Part shown: one piece after another, positions 1 through 11,394 of the stretch
How positions within the stretch are numbered: the first letter of the stretch is position 1
Layout of the letters: each line of letters opens with the position of its first letter
Origin: Squalus acanthias
Taxonomy: Eukaryota
NCBI GenBank assembly: GCA_030390025.1
Contig: CM059431.1
Location: 110,300,001 to 110,364,000, forward strand
Length of the DNA stretch: 64,000 nucleotides
Direction: 5' to 3'
Made by a program: the position numbers and the translations under genes
Notes under the pieces: generated by a model
What the model was told of the DNA's origin: nothing
The model's database searches: none
What the model saw: only the letters and a program-made list of their open reading frames with translations

Positions 1-752
1 TCTTCTATGTATCTATGTATCCCTGGTGTCGCCCGGGCAGCATGTGGTCGGGTGCTGATGCCCTCTGTCCTGTGCATCATCAGTTGATTGCGGAGAAGGT
101 TGGTGGTGTTGTTGGTGCTGCTGGTGTGTCTGGTGCTGCTGGTGTTGGGGCTGATTATGGTGGGATTTTTAGGACCAAGGTGAGACAGTATAAATGGTAC
201 CCATGCTGATGGAATAGATGGCAGGTGAAGTTGAGATGCCAGACGCGATCTGTCAATGGTGAGAGAGGTTGCTCCAATGAGGTGACACTGGATAGAGAGT
301 TTGCTCCAAACACTTGCAAGCTGCATAAAGCTCAATCTGTCTTCCAAATGGAGTAAGCAACTGCTTCTGCGCTTGGAAAGTGAACAGCTGTGAGATGGGA
401 GCTTTTATAGCACATTTCAAGCTGTCAACTAATCAGCTGATTCAATAGCCATTCAACTCCCGCCTCAGGTTAACAGACGTGGTCCACGAGCTGCATGCAC
501 TCTGTGGGCGAGCAGTTAAAGTGAAAAGGTAAGGTTAAAACCATTATTAAGGGTCTGTCAACAAGCCAATAATTGCTTTAATAAGGTCGCCCGCCTCTGC
601 GGGTCGGGTCCGATCCAAAATCACAGACTTGCCATTGCGAAAGGCGTGTTGCGGTGGGATGACAGCGGGTTCCTAACCCGCTGTGAAAAAGATCAAATTT
701 CCCACCCGACCCACCACCGATCCCGCCCGCTGACCCCCGAAAATTCCGGCCC
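1..752. mobile_element. Right part of a degenerate non-autonomous Harbinger-type DNA element
   Basis: Ends in a TIR-like AAATTCCGGCCC at 741-752. Internal sequence (e.g. gatggaatagatggcagg...gcgatctgtcaatggtgagagaggtt...aatgaggtgacactgga) recurs at ~54080-54300 and ~42060-42145. Confidence 0.6.
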
Positions 753-1484
753 AGGAAATTCTTTCCCTTGCTGCTAGACTATAATTAAAGGTGCAGTGCT
801 GCCATTCTATTTGGGGCACAAAGGAACCGGCTTCACTTTGAATGTCGAGCTTACAAAGCAAGGACTAGCATCGGTGAATTGAAGTTCAGAGTTGCTCTTT
901 TACCAGACCTGAAAATTCACTGGAGGAAAACCTAATGCTGGAAGAACTCTTAGAGCCAGTCTTAGTAAGTCTTGCTTCTCTGTTGCTCCCCTAATCTGTC
1001 TACAGTTGAAGATACAGCAGAAGGTAGAGGTAAAACAAAATAAAGTGAAAGGGAAGAAGGAAAAGTGGACTCGAACTTGTTTCTACTTTGTGGCTTTTTA
1101 TTGTAAGTTTTTAAAAAAAACGTAGTTTCTGGACACGACCGGCAAGGCTACAGATGTATGTCAATATTGAAAGACTTTTTAATGGGATCTGAGGTGATCT
1201 GTTTGAAATCTTTGCTCCTCAGATGAAGTAGCCACTCAGTTATAATGATCAAACGTGGGACCTTTCCAAATTGATCATAACTGAACTTTTTCGTAACTGG
1301 AAACCATATGATATTGGCATTGAGTTTCCCTTTAAGTAGGAGTGACTACTATGAATTTTTTTTAAAAATTGCAATGAGCTGAAACGTTTTCTGGATTGAA
1401 GGCCCTTTTCAGATTGTGGGTGCCCTTAAGAAACAAGAATAATTTAGCCTATCTATGATAGCGATTGTTTGCTGAGTTTAAATC

Positions 1485-1920
1485 TCAGCTGTGGCTTAGT
1501 GGTAGCATTCTTACCTCTGAGATAGAAAGTTGTGGGTACAAGCCCCACTGCAAACACATAATCCAGGCTGACACTTCAGTGCAGTACTGATGGAGTGCTG
1601 CACTGTTGGAGGTGCCATCTTTCAGATAAGACATTAAACTAAGGCCCCATCTGCCCTCTCAGGTGGGTGTAAAAGATCCAATGAAACTATTTAAAGAGCA
1701 GGGGCGTTCTCCCTGGTGTCCTGACCAACATATATCCCTCAACCAACACGACTAAAAACAGATTATTTGATCAATTGTCTCATCAGTGTTTGTGGGAGCT
1801 TGCTGTGCGCAAATTGGCTGCCGCGTTCCCTACATTACAACAGTGACTACACTTCAAAAGTACTTCATTGGCTGTAAAGCGCTTTGGGATGTCCCGAGAT
1901 TGTGAAAGGCGCTGAATAAA
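1485..1920 (+). mobile_element. tRNA-derived Deu-domain SINE (AmnSINE1/SacSINE1-like)
   Basis: tRNA-like head (gtggcttagtggtagc...gggtacaagcccc) followed by the Deu core (gctgcactgttggaggtgccatctttcagat...aaagatcca). Near-identical copy at 38005-38460. Confidence 0.8.
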
Positions 1921-2350
1921 TGGTTGCTGCATTTCCCTACGTTGAACAGTGACTGCAACTGAAGTCTTGAAAGGCCCTATTTAAGTGCTAGTTTGTGCTT
2001 TCGTTCTTTGTACTTGCAGTGAAGAAGAAAATAACCTTCAGAAGTAACTTGAAAAAAAATGAGGTTTCTCCCATAGTTCCTACTTGGCATAGGTGAGAAC
2101 ATCTTTCAAAACGCTTTACGTTGATTGCTGGTAATTTTACCGTACTGGCTATGGAGTGATATTTAGCCTGCGTGAAGAGTAAAGTGCAGCAGTTGAATAT
2201 ATGCAGCTGCACATCACCATCAAAGGGCCGAAAGCAATACTGACTTAACGGTGCTCAGGTACACAGTGTTGATGGGCAGTCAATAGATGTACATGTCGAA
2301 AGTTGACATGCGCTGTGTATAAAACAGTGATCCACATGATGTTCCAGTAG

Positions 2351-2494
<144 letters not shown>

Positions 2495-2800
2495 TAAAAA
2501 AAATTCTGTTTACTGTTTTCAAAATGCCATGAGGGTATTTGGGTTTAAAATAGAGATGGTTGACAACTGAACGCACTCTCTTTTGATTTGTTTGGCACAG
2601 TGTTGTATAAGGGTAGCAGAATTCATGCACACCAGTGCGACAGTAGGAAATTCAAAATCAATGTCAGAAATGCTGGTGGATGTGGCCTGGTGCATTCTTT
2701 TTTAATCGGATAATTGTTGGAGCAGCAGTTCACTTTGTTTTGGAATTAATCTTGCCCAATGGTGTAGATCCAGCATAACTACAATAAGACAAAATTCTTA

Positions 2801-3314
2801 GGGGGAAAAATTTGGTTGCTTTTCGCCTCCCTTTAGCGCCCTAAGAGGGCGCTAACGGGGGCGCAAAGCAACTAGCGCCCGGGCGCGGTGCCGCCAACGC
2901 CTCCCACGAAATTCAGCGGAAGGTTAGCGGCAGCGGTAAGCGTTAGCGCCCTGCGGCGCTGCGCAGCCGGCGATGATATCATTGCCGTGCGCAGCGCCCC
3001 GCTCGCGCCCCGGCCGCGATCTTCGGTAGTGCCCCCTGACTTACCGCCGGACGCTATGTCCAATGGGGTCAGGGGGGCCTACCTGCGGCCGGGGCGGCGC
3101 TATTTAAAGGCGAGGTGCCAGGCGGCCATTTTTGTTGCTGGCCGCCTGCCAGCACCTGCCTCCGCTGCCGTCCCCGGCCTCCTGGGCACCCCCCCCCCTC
3201 CCCTGTGGAGTGCCGGCTGCGCTCCATGAGCCCAGCACTTCTCTTGAGTGCCGGGCTCTTTTGCCGGCACTCGAAGTTAGCGTCCCAAAGGGGGCACGAC
3301 TCAATTTTTCCCCC
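2801..3314. mobile_element. Harbinger-type MITE (514 bp) related to the full-length elements at 30236 and 56775
   Basis: TIR GGGGGAAAAATT / AATTTTTCCCCC with a TTA target duplication on both sides. Its left ~80 bp match the transposase-side end of the full elements (cgcctccc.ttagcgccc.taagagggcgctaa.ggggcgcaaagc). Confidence 0.9.
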
Positions 3315-3783
3315 TTAAGGTTTTGGTTGCGTGAGCCTGTAGCATTCATATTACCCATAATTTCATTGTGTTGGGTGCGGGGGGGCGGTGGGCGGTGGTC
3401 GGGGGGGTGGGGGGGCAGCGTGGAGAAGAACGGGGTGGAAGAAATGAGGAAATCAGATGAAGAAGCAGACTTGAGAGAACTTAGTCTGAGCTCAAATTCA
3501 ACTCTTGCAGTAAAAAGCAACCATGTTGTTGTGACTGTGACTGTTTATATTACTTCAGCAGGAATTAATATCTAGTAATGCTGCATTTTCAATATCGAGG
3601 GAGTTGAGGAAGGACGGAAAATAACACCAGACCCTGCATGGTTCATGAGGAATGTGTTTGTGCTGCTAATACACTTTTACCAATATTACCGATGAGGGAA
3701 CCGGCTGAAAGATTCAACTTTAACCAAACCAAAGTTTGTTTATTTCATTCTCTTGGTCCCGTGAAAGCTTTTATACAGTCGGT

Positions 3784-4900
3784 GGGGTGGATTTTAACTC
3801 TGCCCTTGAGCTTACCCACTCCTTTCCCACCCCGATCTGACCGACTTCAATTTCAAATTGCAGGCGGCAATCAAGACCCACCTTTAGCTTGAAACGCCCT
3901 TATCACTGCTGACCAGAACGGCTCACTGGGCTGGATTTCTAACTCCTGGTCGGGAAGGAGGCAACGCGAGTCGCAGGGAGGCTCGGCCGATTTTAACTGC
4001 TGGGCCTCACTAATATGCCGCTAGCCAACTTCCCGACCAAAACGGCTGGGCTTCGCATAGGATGTGCAGCACAGAAACAGGCCAATTGGGCCCAACCGGT
4101 ATTTATGCTGCACTTTCCTTTCTCCCTCATTTGTTTATCTAGCTTCCCCTTAAATGCATCTATGCTATTCGCCTCAACCACTCTCTGTGGTAGTTGAGTT
4201 CACATTCTCATCACTCGCTGGATAAAGAAGTTTCTCATGAATTCCCGATTGGATTTATTAGTGACAATCTTAAGTTCAGACCCCCTAGTTTTGGTCTCCC
4301 CCCCCCCCGACAAGTGGAGACATCTTCTCTACGTCTCCCCTGTCAAACCCATTCATAATTTGAAAGACCTCTATTAGGTCCTCTCGGCCTTCTCTTTTCC
4401 AGAGAAAAGAGCCCCAGCCTGTTCAGTCTTTCCTGATGGTTAGACCCTCTCAGCTCAGGGCACTCGGCGTGAAGCAGCTGGCTGGCCCTTAAAATCGGGT
4501 GGCAGGAGGCCACCGCTGGGGACCCAGGGGAACAGTCCCCCGGCACAAGGAGGGAATCGTGGGCAGGGGGGAGGGTGGGAGAGGCCCTTGCATTCCTGCT
4601 CTTCCTGCCCCTACAAGGAAAGCTGTAAATAAAAAAATGTTTAAAAAAAAACCCTCTTCTGGCCCTGGCTACGGTTCCCAGCAGGTTTTGCCTGGCAGGG
4701 AAGGCATCGCTGCTCCTCCACTCAGGCCTCAGGATAACATGCCTATCTGGCCCCGATGACCTCATCGGAGCCCGATCTGTAGTTATGTCGAGGACCCCGC
4801 CGGCTTGTGGTGGGTTTTGTTTGCTGCTTGCAATTTAAAATTGCAGTCAGTCCGATCGGGGCGGGAAAGGAGTGGGTAAGCAGAGATGAAAATCGACCCC
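3784..4900. mobile_element. Harbinger-type MITE with ~90-bp imperfect TIRs, interrupted by a LINE fragment
   Basis: GGGGTGGATTTT...AAAATCGACCCC termini; subterminal gcttacccactcctttccc.ccccgatc is mirrored by gatcggggcgggaaaggagtgggtaagc. TSD is not clean. Confidence 0.7.
4057..4460 (-). mobile_element. CR1-type LINE 3' fragment
   Basis: Reverse strand reads ...ERLNRLGLFSLEKRR..., the CR1 ORF2 C-terminus. Same family at 39645-40197. Confidence 0.8.
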
Positions 4901-5350
4901 ACTCCACACTTGAGCTTGGAAGAGATTCAACTATGTTGATACTGTACTTCAATGGCAAAAAAAGTGGCAAACTTTATATTATCCCAACTACATTGAAGCA
5001 GTTTGTTCTGCTGCACGACATTTGCCTCAATCTTGTTTGCAAATAATCGTTGCTGAACCCGTTTTCAACAAATGTGCCCGAACCGGAAAAGCAGTTGCAT
5101 TTGTTTATTCACATAAGGATAGACTAGTAAACTTGCCTCTGGGTAATTGTTTCAACTTGACCGGGATATGACCATCCCAGTCTATACAAGTGGAAACCGA
5201 ACTCGTTAATCAACTTGGGTTCAGATCAGGTGCACATTAAACAATATCTCTGCACAAGGTCTTAACCTCAAATACAAATCAAAGTGGCTCGGTTTGAGGA
5301 TGACCTTCCTTTTTTCGCCCCAGTGCCCTGTTTACCTGTACCCATGAGCA

Positions 5351-5656
5351 TTTTTTTTGTTATTCGTTCCTGGGATGTGGGCGTCGCTGGCAAGGCCAGC
5401 ATTTTTTGCCCATTCCTAATTGCCCCTTGAGAAGGTGGTGGTGAGCCTCTTTCTTGAACCGCTGCAGTCCGTGGGGTGAAGGTGCTCCCACAGTGCTGTT
5501 AGGGAGGGAGTTCCAGGATTTTGACCCAGCGACGATGAAGGAACAGCCAAGTCAGGATGGTGTGTGACCTGGAGGGGAACTTGGAGGTGGTGGTGTTCCC
5601 ATGTGCCTGCTGCCCTTGTCCTTCTATGCGGTAGAGGTCGCGGGTTTGGGAGGTGC
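5351..5656 (-). mobile_element. Non-LTR retrotransposon 3' end
   Basis: Reverse strand ends gctggccttgccagcgacgcccacatcccaggaacgaataacaaaaaaaa; the same tail ends the SINEs at 16275-16655 and 51981-52390. Confidence 0.65.
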
Positions 5657-6135
5657 ATTTGAGCATTTATATAAACCACAGCTTTTGTAGTTAAAACACT
5701 TGGAGACACATGGGTACAAACTCGCAACTGAAAAAATTAGGGTGTCACTCACAAACAGCAATACTGACAGAATAATCATGGGTGAAAAGATTTATTTTCA
5801 ACCATTGCAATCAAGCATTCCAAACAACTTATAATTTGCCTATCGTGGCCCACGTTCCTGACTTCACTTCTGCGAACCAATATTTTAACGTTCAACTTCA
5901 ATACCTTTTACATGACACTGACACAGGTACTGACACTAAAAGGTAACGTACAGGCTAAATGGGTATAATTGACTTTTAAATTGAATTGAAAAAAAAATTC
6001 CCCCCTATATTAATTTTTTTTTCATGCAAGACTTTAGAGGTGAACTTGCAAGCTGCAGCTATTGACCCACTTCTCTGCTTTATATAATATGGTGCCCCAA
6101 CGGCATGATTTTACAATCAACTTACACAATGGGTT

Positions 6136-6376
6136 AACAACAGAAAACGCTGGAAAAACTCAGCAGGCCAGGCAACATCCGTGGAGAGAGAAACAGAGTT
6201 AACGTTTCAGGTCGAAGACCCTTCGTCTAAAACGTCTGACGAAGAGTTCTGACGAAGGGTCTTCGACCTGAAACGTTAACTCTGTTTCTCTCTCCACGGA
6301 TGTTGCCTGGCCTGCTGAGATTTTCCAGCGTTTTCTGTTGTTATTTCAGTTTTCCAGCATCCGCAGTATTTTGCTA
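6136..6376 (+). mobile_element. Fold-back Penelope-like element, family B
   Basis: 14-bp TSD TTACACAATGGGTT (6122-6135, 6377-6390); inverted arms ~6136-6227 and ~6251-6342; a unique 3' tail; hammerhead core in the right arm. Confidence 0.8.
6243..6283 (+). ncRNA. Minimal type I hammerhead ribozyme motif
   Basis: AGAGTT-CTGACGA-A-GGGTC-ttc-GACCT-GAAAC-GTT-AACTCT: stem I of 6 bp, full catalytic core, stem II, and stem III reduced to the palindrome AACGTT. Confidence 0.75.
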
Positions 6377-9300
6377 TTACACAATGGGTTGGGACATTTC
6401 CCTTGTTCATACACTGAAGCAGGAAATAAGGAACAGTATGAAGGAAACTAGGATAATAGGAAAGAAAAAAAAATGTAAAACCAATGGAGACAGCAAACTA
6501 ATTAAGAACATTTTTCTAAAATAAAAATGGCACGCAGGTGTTGAAACGTTTGAATTTTATATGTAAAACTGAGGTACTGTCGACTTTAATGCTCTTGAAA
6601 TCCTGACATATCGAAAGAACTACAAGGACTGAATAGGGCTAGGGCTGAAAAGCAGTCAAGAAGGTGGTTTGGGGTTTTTAACATTATAGTGCAAATATAG
6701 CTGCTCAACTCCAGACAAAGCTCAATTTGTAAGTTTTGTCATTATTTGTGAAATAGTAAAACCCTTTAACTTGGAATTATAACGTGAAACTTTCATGGTG
6801 CCGAGTTTCTTTTCAACCGTAAGCTTGTATGGTCGTGCAGGATTTAACAGCTTTTCAGAGTTTGTTTCCAGTTTGTATTATTGGAATTGCCTGTCTCATT
6901 TTGGGAAGTGGGGACTCAAAACTAAACTTGATGAAGATAAGGGAATGAGCTAATGCGGTATGTTGCATCAGGTAATGGGAGACAGAGCCAGCGGTAGAAC
7001 AAGTATTTGAAAACCTGCATTTGTGTTGCTTTGAAGTGTTGAATTATGGTGGAGAGTGATTCACGTCAGGGTCGATATTACTGTACTATGGAAAGTAATT
7101 TCAGGTAAACGGGGTATTTCTCAGTTGTGTAACCCGGTCTGTCAGTGCAATACTGAACACACATAAATTTAGAATTGCCAGTCATTGCTTGTTGGAGCGG
7201 AGGACAATAAGCTGTCTGTGGTATGCACATAGAGCCAACTTCTTTGCTATTCATAATAGATTTTCTGTGTACATTTGGTGTGTGAGCGAGTACAAGAAAA
7301 TGACTCTCATGTAACTCTCTTACATTGAGAAGCTTTAAACACTTGCACAGTTTCCACATACTGGGGGTGAACAGGTTTGGATTTTTATTTTGTTAACTGG
7401 TACTAAGACGTACTGTTTTTGTCTACCTTGGCAGAGGTCCAAAACAAGTACAGATAGCTTACCTGTCGTACCTTTTTTTTAAATCTTCAGTCCAACCAAA
7501 TATATATCATTTCAGCTCAGCACACGGTGACTCGGAACAAACTTGTGTGGGGCTATGGTTTTTATTTTCACTAAGATGCTGAAAACGACCTGGTTTTGTG
7601 GGCAATTCTGCAAAAAAGCAATCTTCACCAGAGCACGGGGTGGGGGTGGGGGAAATCATCCTTTTTTATTGAGTCCTGTATCGCGTTTCGCCATCGCAAC
7701 TTAAAAGGACATTTTTTTCTCCCCCCCCCCCCCTCGTTTCCATCAGATTTATTCGCTGTCCTTTTTACCTTTATGACAAAGCTGCAGATTGCAAAAGAAA
7801 ATGCTGTTGTGTAGGTTTGAAAGGCATGTGTGGTCCTGCTGGCATGTTGATTGCATTCATTTGATCTGTGGCAACCAGAAAAACAGGGTGGAGGATCTGC
7901 CCTTCAACTCAAAGTAATTTTGAACTGAACCTTGCACAAAAAGGAGAGAACTGGTGTCTTTAAAGCAAAAACTAAAGTCTCTGATCACGAACATGAAGTT
8001 GTCAGTAACTGTCAGAATATGTGCCGCTTTTCAATCAATCAATATGGGGGGCGGCGGGGAGGGGGGGTGTGTGTGTGGGGGGGGCGGGTGCTGGGGGGAA
8101 AGAAAGACATTCAATAGAGACATTTTGTAGCGTCTGTTTCTTTCGAACTCAGTGATGTATTATCCTCAGTATAAAATCTAAGGTTGCTAAAACTATAGCT
8201 GGAGTTTTCAATTAAGAGGATTTGAAGACAAGTCATTTCTGGGAATCACTGTGTTGTCTCCATGTATAAGCCAGTTTGGTAGCAATTAAGGCTCTTAGTG
8301 CTCGTAAGCATTGGAAGATCTTTATCAAAGTACAGTATTGTGAGTCTTCTGTGGTGATCCGTGTTATTCATTGTATCGTGAAAAGGGCATTAAGGCAGTC
8401 GCTGGCAGTCTAAACAGTCTGCGTGCCACTGCTTTTGTCTCTGAAAGTCTTCAGACGTGTTTTTAGCTTTGGGATTGCCAGAATACTTGGTTTTATTTTT
8501 AAAAGGAGCTTCAGGCCCCTTCTGTCGAATTATCAGTGAATGCCGGACAGGAATTGATTGTTATGTAGAAGTCAGAAAAATACTGTGACGGTCTTCCTTG
8601 GCAGGTGCTCTTACGGCCTGAATCACAGACGCGACCCATAACTTTGGGGGTGTGGTGGTGGGGGGGGGGGGCGGGGGGGGTTAAAATCTAGTGAACAAGG
8701 TCAGCTGAATTTCATTGGAAACCCAAGTGCAGCTTTTCACATGGTGGGAGTGTATTTAAGGGAGCGGAATCTCACCACACGAGTCTTAACTAAAGACGTT
8801 CAGTGCAGTTTCTGATATATTGTAAAGGTTTGGTTCATGGAACCTTTTAAACTTTGCGAAACCTCTTAAAAGTGCTGGTGTAGCAAATGAAGAGAATGCG
8901 TGACAACTTAAGAGCTCGTGTGGTGATAGTTACATGCAGGTATGTTAAGTCAGCGGTCTTTAAGACGTGTTGTTAAGTGTCTGGCTTTTGCATTCCATCC
9001 TCTCCACATACAGAAAAGTAATAGTCTCACGTGACCTTTAAACATAATTCACCTGTCAGTAAAACCTTGGAATAGTGTGTTTGTCTTTCAACAAAAAAAT
9101 TTTAGTTCGGTGTTTGGTTGCAAGAGGAGAGAACCATGTCAAGTCATGAGTGATATTCTTTCGTGATTGTAACTCCACAGGAGGAGCAGGAGTCCTCCAG
9201 GCCCCCCGCAAGGGAAAGCATAGGCCCCCTCCTTGAGCGATATGGCCCTCCCCTCCCCTGCACTCACTGAATGCAGGAACCCCCGTGGGACGGCCTGGCA

Positions 9301-10360
9301 GTCAATCCCGTCACTCGCCCGCTGTCGACGGGTGGCATCCGGGCCGCGCGATATTTCCGCCGCTTCCCACCCTCCGGAACGAGAGGCAAGTCGGCCGGCG
9401 GGATTTAAACGAGGCCCCGGAGTAAAAATACCCTGAGGCTCATTTTTTTGGAGCAGCGGGATGAGTTTATCACTCACGGCGCTGGTCGCTGGAGGAAAAC
9501 TGACCCACACTCAAAATTGAGGCCTTGAAAGAAGATGCAACAAAGCTTGGAGAAGTGGAAGATTCCCAGCAGAAGAAACCGAAGAGTTTCTCACATCATT
9601 GGCAGCATCTTGTACGGGAATGCTGGCTTGTGGTTTGAGACAATGTGGGAATTAAGACATTCCAATACAGTAAAGGTCTGACTCAACATATAAAATTACA
9701 AGTTGCAGCAAATATAATTACACTGGCTTCAGTCTAAGCAGTGTGTTTATGCTGTTCGCTGATCTATTGTCACATTTTGTTGCAGGAAAGGTGGAGTTTG
9801 CTACATTTGTTACGGCTAGAATTTAGCATTAACAATACTATTGGTGTTTAATCTATAATCGCACTAACAAAATTGTGGGGATCTAAAATATTAGATTTTG
9901 TTAACAGTGCATTAATTAGAGAGGCAAACAGGCATTTTCATTTTCCATTCAAGGTCTGTCTCCAACAGATTATTCTAAAATTGTTTCTTCGTCATCTGCA
10001 TCACCTTACTTATGAGAAGCTTTATTCAAAATTAAAGGTGTGATATGCAGACATTAGCTGTAGAATTACTCGCATAATTCCACTCCCAATAATCTGGCAA
10101 TTTATGGCGCGGTCATATAGTTCTGGTTAGAGGCTGTTGCCCATTTGGAGCAATACAGAGCTGGTAATGTTGAGTTATAATGCTAGTTCTGCGTAGTCTT
10201 CTTGCTCGATAAAGGAAAGCTCCATGCACAGAGCTCTGCTGACTGGCATTCAAACGTTGGTTCCATTTTTTAATATGACTGACGGGATAGTACGGGTGAT
10301 CTCGCGCTCTGGCGTCCCGGGAAATGCGTCTCGGGAGTCGGGGCAACCATGGGTGGGCAG

Positions 10361-10538
10361 CAATGTTCCCTGCAGGCTGCACTATGTTCTGCGCGACCTG
10401 TTTTCTTTCACCGCGCAGTCCCGTTAAATCTCTGAGCATGCGCGGTATTTCCAGTGTAAAAGCTTTTGAGCGGCCTGCGCGGGACCTGGCAGATTACTGC
10501 GCGGCCGTGCACGCACACAGCTTAAGGGGGAACATTTG
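10361..10538. mobile_element. hAT-type MITE (178 bp)
   Basis: TIR CAATGTTCCC / GGGAACATTTG with 8-bp TSD GTGGGCAG (10353-10360, 10539-10546). Related copy at 54605-54742. Confidence 0.8.
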
Positions 10539-10801
10539 GTGGGCAGACAGTGATTTTTTTCATCGATTCACTCTCAATGGGAAGAAAATAATGGGCTGCG
10601 AGGCCCCGTTTTCCTGAGACGTGCTTCTGCCTAGGGCCGTTCCTTACTGGAAGCACCAGATTGTGAACTAACCACATGTCTATTCGCTGCCAACATTGAT
10701 CAAAAAAAAGTTGAAATACTTTGAAAAGTTCACTTTGCGCCAGTTGCATTGACGCTGCAGCCAGTGATCAGTCAAGGTGGCGCAATTCCACTTGAGCTAA
10801 T

Positions 10802-11394
10802 CAACAACAACTTGTATTTATATAGCGCCTTTAACGTCGCAAAACCTTCCAAGGCGCTTCACAGGAGTGTTATAGGACAAAAAATTTGACACCGAACCAC
10901 ATGAGGATAAATTAGGGCAGGTGACCAAAAGCTTGGTCAAAGAGGTAGGTTTTAAGGAGCGTCTTAAAGGAGGAAAGAGAGGTAGCGAGGTGGAGAGGTT
11001 TAGGCAGAGAATTCCAGAGCTTGGGGCCTAGACAACAGAAGGCACGGCCGCCAATGGTGGAGCGATTAAAATCGAGGATGCTCAAGAGGGCAGAATTAGA
11101 GGAGCGCAGATATCTCTGGGTGGGGGGGGGGTTGTGGGGCTGAAGGAAATTACAGAGATAGGGAGGGGCGAGGCCATGGAGGGATTTGAAAACAAGGATG
11201 AGAATTTTGAAATCGAGGTGTTGCTTAACTGGGAGCCAATGTAGGTCAGCGAGCACAGGAGTGATGGGTGAACGGAACTTGGTGCAAGTTAGGACACGGG
11301 CAGCCGAGTCTTGGATGACCTCAAGTTTACGTAGGGTAGAACGTGGGAGGCCAGCCAGGAGTGCGTTGGAATAGTCAAGTCTGGAGGTAACAAA
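10802..11394 (-). mobile_element. L2-type LINE 3' fragment
   Basis: Translation LHWLPVKQHLDFKILILVFKSLHGLAPPYL...GRAFCCLGPKLWNSLP is the typical L2 ORF2 C-terminus; (GTT)n tail. Confidence 0.85.
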
